NCBI RefSeq assembly: GCF_018350175.1
Contig: NC_058368.1
Span: forward strand, 3,224,001-3,288,000
Direction: 5' to 3'
From: Felis catus
Lineage: Eukaryota
Length of the DNA: 64,000 bases
A program made the translations under genes and the position numbers. Of the stretch, positions 40,670-53,520 are shown in pieces (the first letter of the stretch is position 1; each line of letters starts with the position of its first letter). The notes under the pieces were generated by a model, which made no database searches, had not been told where the DNA came from, and saw only the letters and a list, made by a program, of their open reading frames with translations.

Positions 40670-41599
40670 ACCGTTTTAGTTCTTAAAAAATGTGAAATGA
40701 GTATTGATATTTGGAACGTGAATCAAAGAGCATGATAGCAAAAAAGTGACATGACCGTATATGCCATCAGTCAGTGTGGCACAGGAGCAGTTTTGGAGGA
40801 AGACAGAGGAGGAGAAAAAACGTCCTTCATTTGTGCTTCCAGAACACGAATGGGTGGCAATGGGAGGAATCAGAAGCATGGCACTGATCCTGACCCCAAT
40901 GTGATATCTGTGACAGGCCAGCTCCTCCGTTGTCCATATGCCCATAAATAAGCTCTGAGTCTGGGAAACCCTAGTCTGGGCCCCACTCCCACCCTCCTAA
41001 AATTGTGAGGGATATGTTTCTGAGGGTGTTTAATAAGTTGCAGATACAGTTTAAGTACGATTTGCCAGAGTACTCTATTAATCACTTAGATATAACAATT
41101 CGTTAAATTATTTACTCACTCACTCACTTCTTCATGTGATGTCTATCGCTTATTTACAAAGTGCCGGGTACTAGTTTCACCTTTATAGAAAACAGGACAT
41201 ATGGCCAAGGACTGCTTTCTGTGTACGAGGAAGCAAACATAAAAAGATATCGATAGAATATAGCTGCCATCTGCGTGGGGAGCCATGGAAGTCACTAGCC
41301 AATCCGGTCTAAAGTTAGGACAAAAGATTCATATAATAAATCTTCCTTGAAGACACGTCAGTTGAGCAAAGTCTCAACTGTTTCAATTCCTGAAACAACC
41401 GGAGAGAACCAATTCATCACACTTCTACAGGTTCCTTTGCAAAGCCAGGTGTGGGTTCTGAATAGTAGACATATTTCACAGTTACCAGTTCATTGGCTCA
41501 TATGCTTTTCAGCCCACCTTATGTCATTCTCTGTAGGATAGAGGAAATAGGATCGCTACTAAGGACATAAAATGGAAAAGGTAATAAAAAGCAACTCTG

Positions 41600-42780
41600 A
41601 AAACATATATAGCTAAATATGTATTTCTTTGCTTTGTCAACTGAGAAGGGCTAGAAGCAACAACACCCCATTAGCAATGAGCACACCTGGTGCCCAGATC
41701 GTGGCTTCTAACACCATTTTCCAATCAAAGGGATCTGAGCATTTTGTGGAAATAGCTGATTCTCTTATGGCTGAGGCGGGAAATATTGACGATAAGCCTG
41801 GGATGCCATGTAGTGCCAGTAAGTAAAGAATTGCTTAAAATAAAAACAAAAACAAAAGCGCACCTGACAATGATAGGGTATGTTCGAGAGACACAGGAGC
41901 CAATTGAAGGAGCTCCAGAGGCCAAATCAGGGCAATCTGAGAACTAAAAACACAGTATTGTATCATAACTCAATTAGAATAGATAGTGATATGCTCACAC
42001 TGATATGGATTAATGATTGAATAAACAAATACATAGCAGAGAATAGATGAATCTGTGTAGAATAATTTCGTAGAATTTATGCAAGTACTCTGCCTCACCC
42101 TTCAAGTGTGGGTTGTGGGTGGTGACATCACTCCCTTAAGCAGTGAAGAAGGGCTGAGGAAAGTAACTGTGCACGAGAAAAACTTGACAAACAAAACCTC
42201 CACCAGGTGTTCAAGTCAACACCAACAGTGATGAGTCATATTGATATCATGCACCCTTGAGAGGATCAGAATACAAAGTCTCTTTTCCTCTGTGGTCTCC
42301 CTGCAGAAACCCAGAATGTCAGTCTCACCATGAGAAAACCACCATCAAAACACAATCTGACAGACAGTCTACAGAACACCTGACCAGTACTCCTCAGAAC
42401 TGTCAAGGTCATCAAAAACAAAGCAAGCCTAAGAAATCGTCACAGCCCAGAGGAGCCTACAGAGACACGAAGATTAAATGTAATGTCGGGTCCTGGGTGG
42501 AATTCTGGAACAGGAAAAGGACATTGGGTAAAAATCAAGAAAATCTGAATAAGGGGTGGACTTTATTCATCAATAAATTGTCGGTGTTGGTTAATTGGAG
42601 TTTATTCATTAACAATGTGTTAGCATCGGCTCATTGGTTGTAACAAATAGAACATAGTAATATAAGAGATTAACAACAAAGGAAAGTGAGGGTGGGGTAT
42701 ATGAGAATACTTTGTGTCTCCGCAACCTTTTTTTTTAAATCAATAACTTATTCTCAAATAAAATACTTATTTAAAAAGGA
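41600..42780 (+). mobile_element. L1MD-like 3' UTR
   Basis: TAGCAATGAGCACACCTGGTGCCCAGATCGTGGCTTCTAACACCATTTTCCAAT; CCTGACCAGTACTCCTCAGAACTGTCAAGGTCATCAAAAACAA. Confidence 0.88.
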
Positions 42781-42785
42781 ATATA

Positions 42786-42985
42786 GGGGTCCTGGGTGGC
42801 TCAGCTGGCTAAGCATCCAACTCTTGATTTCAGCTCGGATCATCTCATGGTTGGTGAGTTTGAGCCCCATGTTGGGATCCTCTCCTCTCCTTCTCTCTCT
42901 CTCTCTCTCTCTGTCTCTGTCTCTGTCTCTCTGTCCCTCTCTTGCTCATGTGCTCTAAATAAATAAATAAACAAACTTAGAAAAA
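42786..42985 (+). mobile_element. Can-SINE, internally deleted
   Basis: GGGGTCCTGGGTGGCTCAG head, (CT)n, AATAAA tail. Confidence 0.9.
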
Positions 42986-43726
42986 GTGACAAATGTATGG
43001 TTCCCTACCAATTGGCTTCTCCATCACAAAGCTGAGAAGGACAGGCTCCTTTCGGTGGCAAGACAGAAGGGACAGTAAAAGCTCTCCTCTCTCCTAGGGT
43101 CTGCTCCTCCTTTTGTGAGAGGCAAGAGGCTGAACCGTACCCCTGTCTGACAGGCCCTTGAACTCTGCAGAGGGAAGTGGATATTCAGAAGGAGCCAAGG
43201 GTCAGAAAAGGGACGCCGAATAAGTTCTCAAGACCTAGGATGGCTGGTTACTGTAATGATTGTTCTGGAACTGCTTTCCATCTAGAATCAAATATGTATT
43301 TTCTTACCGAAGGGTGATTTTTTTTAAGGGAGACTTATTTTTAAATCACCCTTTGCTCTGTATGAGTACACAGTGACGACATGTTTATAGTCATAAAAAT
43401 ATAGCAAAAGTAGGAGAGACATATCATCTTTTGTCCACACTTAGACAAACAAAGAACATTTAGAAAATTTTAGGTTGCTGCTCTCAAATACTCACACCAC
43501 CATCCATACAAGCTGCGGCAACCCAAAGCTGAGCCCGAAAATGGAACCTCTCTGAGTCAGGGTCTCTGCCCACTGAACCAGCCTGAAGGTTAGCCAAGGT
43601 CAAGAGAGCAGCTGCAGGGAATGAATCACCGGCTTCCTCCTCTCTAGAAGAGGCACCCAGCCTCCTTGCTGGGTGCAATGCCAGAAACACCGTCTGATTT
43701 TACCCTGTGGATCCGCTCTCCGGTCT

Positions 43727-44665
43727 CCAGCTGCCTGTTTGCACCAGCTCCTGCCTGAGTTTACCCTTTACCATAGTATAACTTTTGTCCTGGCAAATTA
43801 ACCTCATCGGGCCTGATTCCGGTACCCTCTGATACTGAGCAGTACTGCGGCCTGTTAAAATTGGCCTCTTTCTTTCAAGTAGATTTAGGCCCTTTTCAGG
43901 ATGCTGGACAGATCCATAGGGCCTGGAAGGCAAGTGTCCATAGTCAAAGGATAATTGCTTGAGAGGCCAGTAATCCTTACTGGACCCTGGAGGGTTGGGG
44001 GGCCTGTGGGGTTTGGTAGAGAGAAATTAGAATCATCCAGAGTGCTTTCTCACACCTCCTACACATACTCCTGGAAATATTGCTGTCATCTCTCCCTGAT
44101 GGGGGTGTCCAACCTCCCACAAGAAACCACTGTGGATGTTAGTCACTGTTACTGGTGAGAACGTCTTACTCCATAGAGTGCCGGGTACAGGTAACAGTGC
44201 TGGGCCACATTCACTGGCGCAACATGGTGAACCATTGCCATGGTGAAACATTCCACCGTCCTGACTGACAGCTGGTCACCATTCCAAGCCTCTGTGTGAC
44301 CAGATGCTCCGCCCCCAGGCCTTGTCCCACCCAGTCCTCAGCACGATTCCTAAAAATGATTTACCCTTAAGGCTAGTTTCAGGGTGGTGTTTTGCTTTTA
44401 ATTCTATAGACTGAACAGCAAAGAAACAAGAAATAACCACGATAAGTGAGGCACGAATAGCCAAGGGAATAGCTAAAAACCTGATACTTCAATCAGACCC
44501 GTTTCTTCTCTCCGTTCATGTTTCGTCTGATAATCACCAGCTGCCTCTTTGCACCAGCTCCTGCCTGAGTTCACCCTTCACCACAGTGTAATGTTTGTCC
44601 TGGCAAATTAACCTCATCGGGCCTGATTCCTGTACCCTCTGTTAGTAAGCAGTACTGCGGCCTGT
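43727..44665. repeat. Dispersed direct repeat: 129-bp copies at 43727-43855 and 44537-44665
   Basis: Ungapped hand alignment gives 11 mismatches in 129 bp (about 91% identity), offset 810 bp. Confidence 0.97.
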
Positions 44666-44699
44666 AGCATGTTACGATATGCTACTGTGGGATGGGGAG

Positions 44700-47600
44700 A
44701 CCTGGGAATGTGATGAATGCTAGTGACAAAAGCTGCCACAGGTGTGCACATACTGGTGTTTGAGGGCAAACGTTCCTCACTCTTACAGGGATGGTCAAGA
44801 GCAGGCTTTCACAAGAAGTGACCCAGGATTCAGGCTGCGGCAATGGAAGCTATTGGGAATGAGGGTGGAAGGCAAGAAGGAAAGAAAAGAACAGCCTTCC
44901 CAGCAAAGGGAGCAGCATAGACACAGGTGGCGTGGGGTGGGGGAGAAGCATGTGGGGTTTGGGGATACAGGAGAAGATGGAGGCAGTGATGCTAAGAGAT
45001 AAGCACAGAAACGTTGGATCGTGAATGCCTCCCGGTCATGCTAAGAGACTAGGATAGTATACCGAAGGTGACAGAAAGTTACCGAAGGAGGTAAGGAGTG
45101 GGATGGCCTGATTAGCCTTGGATTTGGCCATGCTCACTTTGGGGGCTGCGAGGAAGGCTGATCTGAGGGGAGGGAGAGCCTGGGAGGTCAGCCTTCTGCG
45201 TGGGGGATCTGGATTATGTTACTTCACCTCTCCGTGCCTCTGCTCTTCCAATCTGTAAAATAGGGAAAATAATTTACAGAGTAGCTACTCCATAGGGCTG
45301 TAGGGCAGCCATTCCCAAGGCCACTACCCACAAGACCCCATCGCTACCCAGTGGCCCTATTTCCTAGCACCATCACACATCGGTTCGGATTTCGACATAG
45401 GAATTGGGAGGCGGGGACCGCAAAGATTAGTCTATAGAGCAGGAGGCAAACGTTGCGTTAGAGATAATGAAAAGATTGCCTCTTAAATCCTTTCCGTGTG
45501 CCTTTGGAAAGATGAGCAGTGGGTAATATTCATGTAAAGGAGACATGTCCCTCAGTAATGATTTTGCGAATCGTGTCCTCACTGCAATACACAAGGTCAT
45601 TGTCTCATTCTGGACCAGGGCAAAGCTGGACTACCCCTTGGACTGCCACAGAGATTCTCCTAAATCTGACATCTGATATTATGACCTCTCTACTTTAAAA
45701 TGAAATGAAACACCACACAACACAACAAAACAAAACACGAAACACATTCTCTATGACTCCCGTTACCTGAAAGCAATGCTTCACAGGGCCCATCGCTCTC
45801 TGGCTCAAAACTACTCACCCCCGATATTCAGTTAATCTTCTTCCATTCTGTCCGTTTCTGTGCATCTTTAATTTCAGACACCACGAAGAACTAGCCATTC
45901 CCGGAAAACCCCACATTTCACCGCATCTTTGCGCTTTTATCTAGGATGTTCCTTTTGCCTGGGCATGCCTGCCGTTGCCTTTTGATTTACTCAGGCTAAA
46001 TTTCACTTCATCTCTGAAAACTTCTACGTTTCTTCACTTCTTCTCTGGGCTCCCTTAGCAAAATTAAAGCTGTCATTCCTTCGTCCTGTGCCACACACTT
46101 AACCACACTTTTCTCCCAGTACCGTGAACTTCATGGGGGAGGGGCTGGTTCTGCCCATTCGGTAGCCTCCAGCCAGAATGAATGCTCGGCACATACTTGC
46201 TGAATAAGTGAAGCAGCCTCCGAAGGTTGATATTTTGCTCTGCTCTCCCCCCGGGCTTTTATCATAGTTCAAGTGGACAAAGAAGAATCAGGCCTCGTCA
46301 GGCTGTGTAATGAAACAACCTACAATTCTCTCACGCAGGCTTTGCGATCATCTGACCCAGTTCTGCCTCCCTGCCTATCACAAGGCAGGTCCTCTTGTGT
46401 TCGGGATCTCACAATACCTCTCATAAAAACAGTCTTTAGCTTCTGACCCTTATTCCTTGCTCCCAAGCAGAAGTTTAATGCAAAACCATGAGTTCCTGTG
46501 TGACCCTAACATCGTTCATCTTTTGATTCCAAGGCCCGTGGTCCCTCCAGCAACTATTGCTTTACAAATCCAGGAAGGTGATGACGCACATGTCTTTGTA
46601 AATACAAACGCGCTTTTTGTTTGTGTTGGCCCGAGACCATGTTGGGTAATCAGAGACAAAGTTATAGACTTGGCCGAGAGACTCCACACGGCCGGTCTAT
46701 ACACAAACCATAGGCATCATGGTCCGAGCTCTGCTAACACACCAATGCTGCTTTATTATGTTCGTGTGGCTCATCCAATGGGTACCGAGGTCCTCCTCCT
46801 GTGGACTCACTCCACAGCATCCGGCGCAGGTGGCCATGCCTTCTTCCTCAGTACACTTGCTCCCGTGACACGAGAGCCACCTGTTTCCCTCCTTTTGTTG
46901 GTCTCACGTCCTCAGTGCCATGATGTGCCTCTCAGGACCTTTTCCACTGCGTCTCTAATAAAAGCTAGACTCCTTGGGATGAGCTGCGTCCCCTATGTGT
47001 TTCCTTGCCAGACTCCAGCTTAAGGTCTGCGCTCCCCCGCTTGGCTTTATTATCCTCTGCATTCTAAGATGTCCCATGCTGATGTGTTCAGCCCGGGCTT
47101 TTCTCGCTGGAGCAATATCATCCCGCCTATCTTGAGCCTCTCAAAACTCAACTCCGGATGCCACACTCTTAATTCTGCTTCCTTCCAAGTCTCTCGCGTC
47201 TCTTTTAATGACTCCACACTCTTCCACTTCTATAATCAGTTTACAAGAAGTCCTGCATAGTGAGTTGCCCAAAAATGCTTTGGACCCACCCCAAATGTTT
47301 TGCGTCCAACGGTCCTACCACAATCTGGGTCTTGTTTTCTGCTCTCTTCTCTTCTCCCGCCCTGCCCTCTTTTGCCATTCCAGGACGACACACCAAATGG
47401 AGTCAACTTTTTCATGCTTACCTGTCATCCTACCATTCCCTGACTTAACACACCTGAATGCCTTCGCATTTTATTAAAGTTACAGGCACTTCCGTCTGTG
47501 GCTCACAATGTCTTGCTTATCCTTCTCACGCCTCAGCTTACTCTTTCCTCACATGCTGTTTTCCTTGAAACCTCCCCTAAATAAGATCAGTGGATGACCC

Positions 47601-47810
47601 TCCATTATTTTTTACCTAAGCACGCCATTCACAGCACATTTCGAAGTCTGTCATTTCATCCTTATTTGTTGTTTGCCTCTTTATTATGTCTTCCTCTACC
47701 AATCTTTATGCTTTCTGGAGACAGGTCCCACGTTGGTTTTGCTCTGCATTATTTATCCCTGCCTTGCCCAGTGCTTGCGTGGTTGACTTTTTAATAGATG
47801 TTTGTGCTGA
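44700..47810. mobile_element. Patchwork of decayed L2, MIR and MLT1 fragments with unique DNA between them
   Basis: MIR core at about 45215-45270 (TTACTTCACCTCTCCGTGCCTC...CTGTAAAATAGGG); MLT1-like end at about 45310-45440; L2-like tails near 46200 and 47800. Confidence 0.55.
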
Positions 47811-48091
47811 AACTACGCTGGCTGTCAGCACGTGAACAGATATCTACTGTGTAAGGGCAGGACGCGGGATTTATCCCCACTAACAGGAATAAATAATGAG
47901 TGTCCATTGTTACTGCTATCATTTAAATTACCCTGGGTAATTCAAATTGAGCATAGGTACATTAGTAAGTATAAATATTGTCAAAGAGGGGATAAACATC
48001 AGTTTTTGCTGATGATGCTGATGATATGACTTCCTACTACAAAAAATCCAAGGAATTGAGGAAAATTGTACATATATTAGAATTCAGCAGT

Positions 48092-48199
48092 GGGCCTTGA
48101 GGAGGGCACTTGTTGGGATGAGCACTGGGCGTTGTATGGAAGCCAAGTTGACCATAAATTGTATTTAAAAAAATTAAAAAATAAAATATATATAAAAAA
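48092..48199 (+). mobile_element. Short felid-type L1 3' end with TSD
   Basis: GAGGAGGGCACTTGTTGGGATGAGCACTGGGCGTTGTATGGAAGCCAA plus A tail; AGAATTCAGCAG on both sides. Confidence 0.92.
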
Positions 48200-48239
48200 A
48201 GAATTCAGCAGCATCCGTAGTTAAAAAAAATAGTTTTTT

Positions 48240-48423
48240 GGGGGAGCCTGGGTGGCTCAGTAGGTTAAGCGTCCAACTCTTCATTTCGGCCCCGGTCATG
48301 ATATCACAGCTTGTGAGATCCAGCTGTCATCAGGCTTTTGAACACAGAGCCTTCTTGGGATTGTCTCTCTGCCCCTCCCCCACTCATGCTTGCTCTCTTT
48401 CGAAAATAAATAACCTTTAAAAA
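48240..48423 (+). mobile_element. Can-SINE
   Basis: GGGGAGCCTGGGTGGCTCAGTAGGTTAAGCGTCC head. Confidence 0.9.
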
Positions 48424-51109
48424 TGTAGTTTTTTTTTAAAGTATCCAAATATGTGATGCAAAACAACTCACCCACCAAATCAACAGAAATTAAGATGTTG
48501 AGGAGTAAACGTAATGAGAAATTGTAGCACCGACCTCTGTGGAGAAACTCATGACCTGTCTATGGAAGGGAAAAGAAAATGTTACAATCGGAGAGAGCTA
48601 CCACAGTTGGGAATGGGAAAACTTAGCATTTTTAACCTACCGGTTCTCTACAAACTAACATTCATTTCACTCTTTCCAATTAAGTCCTCAGCAACATAAT
48701 TTTGAACAACGACAGAGCCTCGCAAAATGTATCTGAAAAAGTAAACATTTCTGAATAGTGGACAAGTTCTGACAAAACGATGCATAGATGGGAAAGAAGC
48801 CCTCCTATGTATTAATACGGGTTGATTAATAGGTGGTAAAATGGAGTTGATGCGGCCTGGGAAATATAACAACGCAACAGCATAGAGAATGCAGATGCGA
48901 CTCAAACATTTAATGGAATTTAACATAAAAATATGTCGTTTTATCTTTTACAAATAATTATATTTGAATAGGCAATAAGCTCATACAACATAGAAGGTTG
49001 TGCAATGAACAGTAAATCACCCTCCATCCCCGATCCCTGGCTGTTGAGTTTCTTTCTCCCAGAGGTAATCACTCTGCCCAGGTTCTGTTTATCGTTCCGC
49101 AGATAATCCACGTGTATGCAAGTACACACGGTGCGCGTTCTCGTCGTTTGCACGCATGGTAGCAAAGTCCGTGCAATGCCTCCGCTCTGCACTCCCTTTA
49201 TTTGTTTTCCTTATTTTAGTCAAGTATCTTAGAGACCTAATAGTACTTAGTAATTCCTCAGTAATAGTATCCCAGACACTGTTCCACATCAGTACCTAGA
49301 ATTATCTCATTATTTCTAAAGCTGTGTAGCATCCATTGACTGGATGGCCTGGAAGGCTAGTCTATGAACACATTTGAATATTGCAGTACATGTCCCGCCA
49401 CACTCACGATTCTCTCATGTATGACACAACTATATGATGAGACCCAGGCATCTCTGGGCCCCAATACTCCTCACGAGTGATTCATATTCCTAACAATGAT
49501 GTAGGAGGATTCCTACTATTCTACACCCTGCCCAAACTGTAATGTAGGGAACTTTGTGAACTTCTTCAGTCTGATAGATTAAAAATGGTGTCTTCTTATA
49601 GTATTAGTACGCATTTGTCCTAGTATGGCTGAGATGATGCATATTTTGTGATTTTCAAGACATGTTTGTATTTTACACATATCTTTTCCTTGTGGATTTG
49701 GATGAGTCTGCATGCAGTAAGGGACTTAGTCCTTTCGTTTTCACGAGTTACAAATATGTTTCCCAGCTTATTATTGGTCTTTGACATGGGATTTTTTTTA
49801 ATGTGCCTATTTACAAATATATTTTTTAGTTTATCAATCTCTTTTATTGAGCTGTGGTGTTTTATATCATATTTGAAGATCTTTCTAATTTAAGATTATA
49901 AAAACTTATTCCATATTTCTTTCAATTTATCTATTTATTCATTTACATTTAAATGTTTGACTTTTTTTCCAAAATCTTTTCAAAATTTATTCTGATGTAA
50001 AATTTGAGGTAGGAATCTATCCCTTCACCTCCAGGTACCCAGCACTTTTTTTTTTTTTTTGAAAAAAACACTTTGTCAATGATTTGAAATTTACAGGTGG
50101 CATTTTAAATCGCTGGATAAATATATTAGGAACCACTACGGAGATGTGAAAAAGTATTTCAATTTCTACATATTTCAGATTAGCCCCCCCCCCCAAATGT
50201 GAAAACAGCAACAGATTTATTACATTGCAATGTGTTAACTTCATATGGCAAAAACGCCATAAATAAAGTTTAAGGACAAATAAGGAATGATTAATGTGCA
50301 ACAAATATAGCAGAAGTTAAACATTTACAAAGTATTTGCACACTTATATAAAATACGAGCACTTCGATAGAAAAATAGGCAAAAGAAAAAGAGACAACCA
50401 TATGTGTTCAGATGTTCAACCCCACTAGTAACAAAACAATTGGAAAACAAACATAGAGCACTTATCATTGCCCTCCCCCCTCTTAGACTTGTAGGGTAAA
50501 AATCATATTTGTGTTCACTGTGTGTCCAAATGGGCAGTTACATATGATCATTGGCAGAATAGGTGCGTGTAGCCTTCTTGGAAGGCAATCTGGCCATATG
50601 TCTTGAAATTTTATATTTTCCTATCCTTTTACTCAGAAATTATATTTGCATAAATTTATCAAGAGAAACAGGCAGCTGATTGTGCCATAATGCGTGTACA
50701 AACATGTTATTTCAGCATCGCACACTTGTTAGAAAGAACCAAAAATATCATATTGCTCCATAATAAGGGCCAATTAAAACCATTAGTCAAGATCATATCA
50801 AGATATTACTGATCCATTTAAAAAGATGGAAGGATCTGAGCATTGGCATCCAAAGTGTTCATGGCACATGGTAACTGTGAAAAGCAGGTTCTGAAACAAC
50901 TTGTGCAACTTGATCCTATCTACCTATCTACCTAATGTATCCGTCTTTCTATCTGTCTATGCATCCATACATCCCTCCATGTACCTCCCTACCTACTTGC
51001 CTACCTATCTAAAAGGTTTTTATGTATAATATCGTATTACTTAATAATGATATATAATAGAATAATACTTGCTGTTATATAACAATGCATATAGTGACCA
51101 TAGCAGATG

Positions 51110-51680
51110 CTTCACCATGACCTGTTTTACCTCCTAGTAAATTTCATCGAGTGGTTTACACCTTCTTCATTCCAGTCTAGGAGTTTGGAAGAAGCTAACT
51201 CTAGCCTTAGTAGTGGAGTGGTTACTGAAGGCCCAAACTGATCAGTGTAATGCTATCACCTGGCTACAATTATTCAATCACATATAGACCAGTGATTCCC
51301 TTCAGGAGAGTGATATGGGAGAACACGTTTGCTGGAAATTTGTAGTAATGGCGGTCTTTGCTTTCCTGAGAGAACTTCCAGAAGCGGCTCTCAGTCCCTC
51401 TTCTTGGATATGGATATGCGCACATCTGTTTCCATTAGTGCTTGTCACCCATCCTGATATCCTGAGAAAAGGACAGCACTGGGAGGCTGATACCATGGGC
51501 AATGGGGTGGGAAAATGGCACAGGCATGTCTTCGATGACATCATTGAGCGACTGCACCAGTCACCCCTTAAAGCAGGCCTGCCTTTGGACTCAGATCCAC
51601 AAAGCCTCGCGATTCCCTTCATCATTGAAATCAATTTACTTAAGTGGGCTTTGGTCAACCCAAATGCAATGAAATGTACC
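51110..51680 (+). mobile_element. Old MaLR LTR (MLT1I/J-like)
   Basis: GGCCCAAACTGATCAG, TCTTCGATGACATCATTGAGCGACTGCACCAG and CCTGCCTTTGGACT are MLT1-like motifs. Confidence 0.6.
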
Positions 51681-52094
51681 ATAATTTGGTGTGTGTGTGT
51701 GTGTGTGTGAGTGTGAGTGCACGTGCTGGTAGACACACATACATGTAGAGGAGAAAAGAATTTGAAGCGATATTGACCAGAATATAACAGTGGCACATTC
51801 TGAGTCGGAATTAGAATTGATTTTCACTTCCTGTTTCTGAAAACCTTTCAGACTTTTTTCACAATAAACCTGAATTACTTATTTGATTAGAGCAAAACAG
51901 TAACAAAAGCAAGAAACAATTTAGAAAACAAAAATCAGTCTTATTTGAAGGAAAAAGATTAAGTTCAGGATGTGTGTGTGTGTGTGTGTGTGTGTGTTGA
52001 CTCTCATAATTTTCTCTGACCACAAGTACTCAATGAGCCAAAAGTATGTAGCAGCCAAAAACTACATATGAACATAATGCAAACTTTGGTTTTT

Positions 52095-52260
52095 TAAAAT
52101 AGAACAGTGTCAAGATCAAGGGTGTTAATGATCCCACTGTTCTCTGCTCAGGTCAGACCACACGTGAAGTATTGTTTTCAATTCCCTCTTATTACAACAA
52201 TTTAGGCACTAACTGATATATTCCAGGGATACTCGGGAAGGATTTAGTCATTTTGAAAAG
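52095..52260 (+). mobile_element. L3/CR1 fragment
   Basis: ATCCCACTGTTCTCTGCTCAGGTCAGACCACACGTGAAGTATTGT resembles the CR1 RT C-terminal segment (LYSALVRPHLEYC). Confidence 0.7.
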
Positions 52261-52390
52261 AGATGGAATTTTCAGGCTTTTGAGATTTTTTTCCACATTG
52301 AAGATTCTATAGTTCTCCAATTTTATGTGTTGTTCTTGGACATTAAAAACAATTGTAGTCAATACAAAGAAACCAAGGTTCTGAGAGTTG

Positions 52391-52608
52391 ATTTAATTTT
52401 TTTTTAACATTTGCTCATTTTTGAGAGTGAGAGAGACAGAGCATGAGCGGAGGAGGGGCAGAGAGAGAGGGAGACACAGAATCCGAAGCAGGATCCAGGC
52501 TCTGAGCTGTCAGCACAGGGCCCAACGCGGGGCTCGAACTCACGGACTGCGAGATCACGACCTGAGCCGAAGTCGGATGTTCAACCAACCGAGCCACCCA
52601 GGTGCCCC
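52391..52608 (-). mobile_element. Can-SINE inserted into a MIR
   Basis: GGTTC(T/A)GAGAG on both sides; MIR core continues (GAGAGGTGAGATGGCATGCCCAAAGCCATAC). Confidence 0.95.
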
Positions 52609-53304
52609 GGTTCAGAGAGGTGAGATGGCATGCCCAAAGCCATACGGGTCATTAACGGCAGAATTTTGTCTCAGAGACACATTACTCTGAAGTCACATTA
52701 AAGAGGATATAGACAGACTGACATATGTTAAGAGGACAGGGACAAGTGTTTTTAAGGCAGAATCATTTAGCTTCGAATGACTCATGATTAAGGAACCAGA
52801 GGACTTTGGGCACACGGCTGCCCAGATGGAGACTATGTGGTCCTGCCCCTCGGCAGCACTGTGAAACTTACTTCTCCATTTGCAAAGCAGCTCATCCCTT
52901 TCACAAACTTGCTAAAGGTTGGCAGCCACGTGATAAATCGAATGTAGCCACATGCAGGGCAGGGCCCGTCTACCGTGCAGAAAGCAGAAGCCTGGAGGGA
53001 CTGTCGAGGCCTCACTTTTGAATTGCTTACAGCTGAGACACACAGCATTATTTACGCTCTCTTATTAGAAGCTCGGGTGGTCATGGAAACTGTACCACAG
53101 AGAGACTTAGGAAGGGCAAGTAGGAAGGCAAGCACGGGTTGCTCCAGCGACAAAGGTAACTGACTGCCAAGGAATTAACATACAGCTGGGACTTTATTGG
53201 AACCTTAGGCAAGTTCGATCTTCATCAGCCATGATTGTAAGTCAATAGGTAAGGGGTAAAATAGATGAATCAAGAACGAGGGTTAAAAAAAGTCTAGGGT
53301 TTTA

Positions 53305-53520
53305 GGGGCGGCTGGCTGGCTCAGTCGGTGAAGCGCCCAACTGTGGCTCAGGTCATGATCTCACAGTTCGTGAGTTCGAGCCCCACCTTGGGCTCTGAGC
53401 TGACAGCTCAGAGCCTGGAACCTGCTTCCGATTCTGTGTCTGCCTCTTTCTCTGCCCCTCCCCTGCTCGCACTCTGTCCCTCTCTCTCTCTCTGTCTCAA
53501 AAATAAACATTAAAAAAAAT
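53305..53520 (+). mobile_element. Can-SINE
   Basis: Full SINEC_Fc-type body and tail. Confidence 0.95.

Larger units (their letters stand above)
47860..50930. mobile_element. Ancient L1ME-like pieces: plus strand about 47860-48930 and 50090-50930, minus strand about 48940-50040
   Basis: ORF2 RT-like phrase TTTGCTGATGATGCTGATGATATGA (FADDM-like); the strand asymmetry flips from A-rich to T-rich and back. Confidence 0.65.

Noticed and set aside
36505..42780. Two same-orientation L1MD-like ends flanking the promoter, as a composite element or segmental duplication
   Set aside because: The copies are highly diverged from each other, differ in extent, and share no flanking sequence, so independent insertions are more likely.
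43769..44661. Duplicated 87-nt coding exons on the minus strand (PQYCSVSEGTGIRPDEVNLPGQKLYYGK and PQYCLLTEGTGIRPDEVNLPGQTLHCGE)
   Set aside because: Differences between copies are almost all non-synonymous, donors are weak, and identity continues past the putative donor.
43727..44665. Paired LTRs, H/ACA snoRNAs or a hammerhead ribozyme
   Set aside because: No TG...CA ends, PBS or TSD seen; H and ACA boxes are not conserved between copies; CCGATGAG is not the CTGANGA core and I could not build the stems.
46457..47023. 188-aa ORF
   Set aside because: Non-ATG start, no recognisable homology, and it runs into decayed L2-like sequence.
51302..51796. 131-aa and 164-aa overlapping ORFs
   Set aside because: They lie in an MLT1-like LTR and a (TG)n tract.
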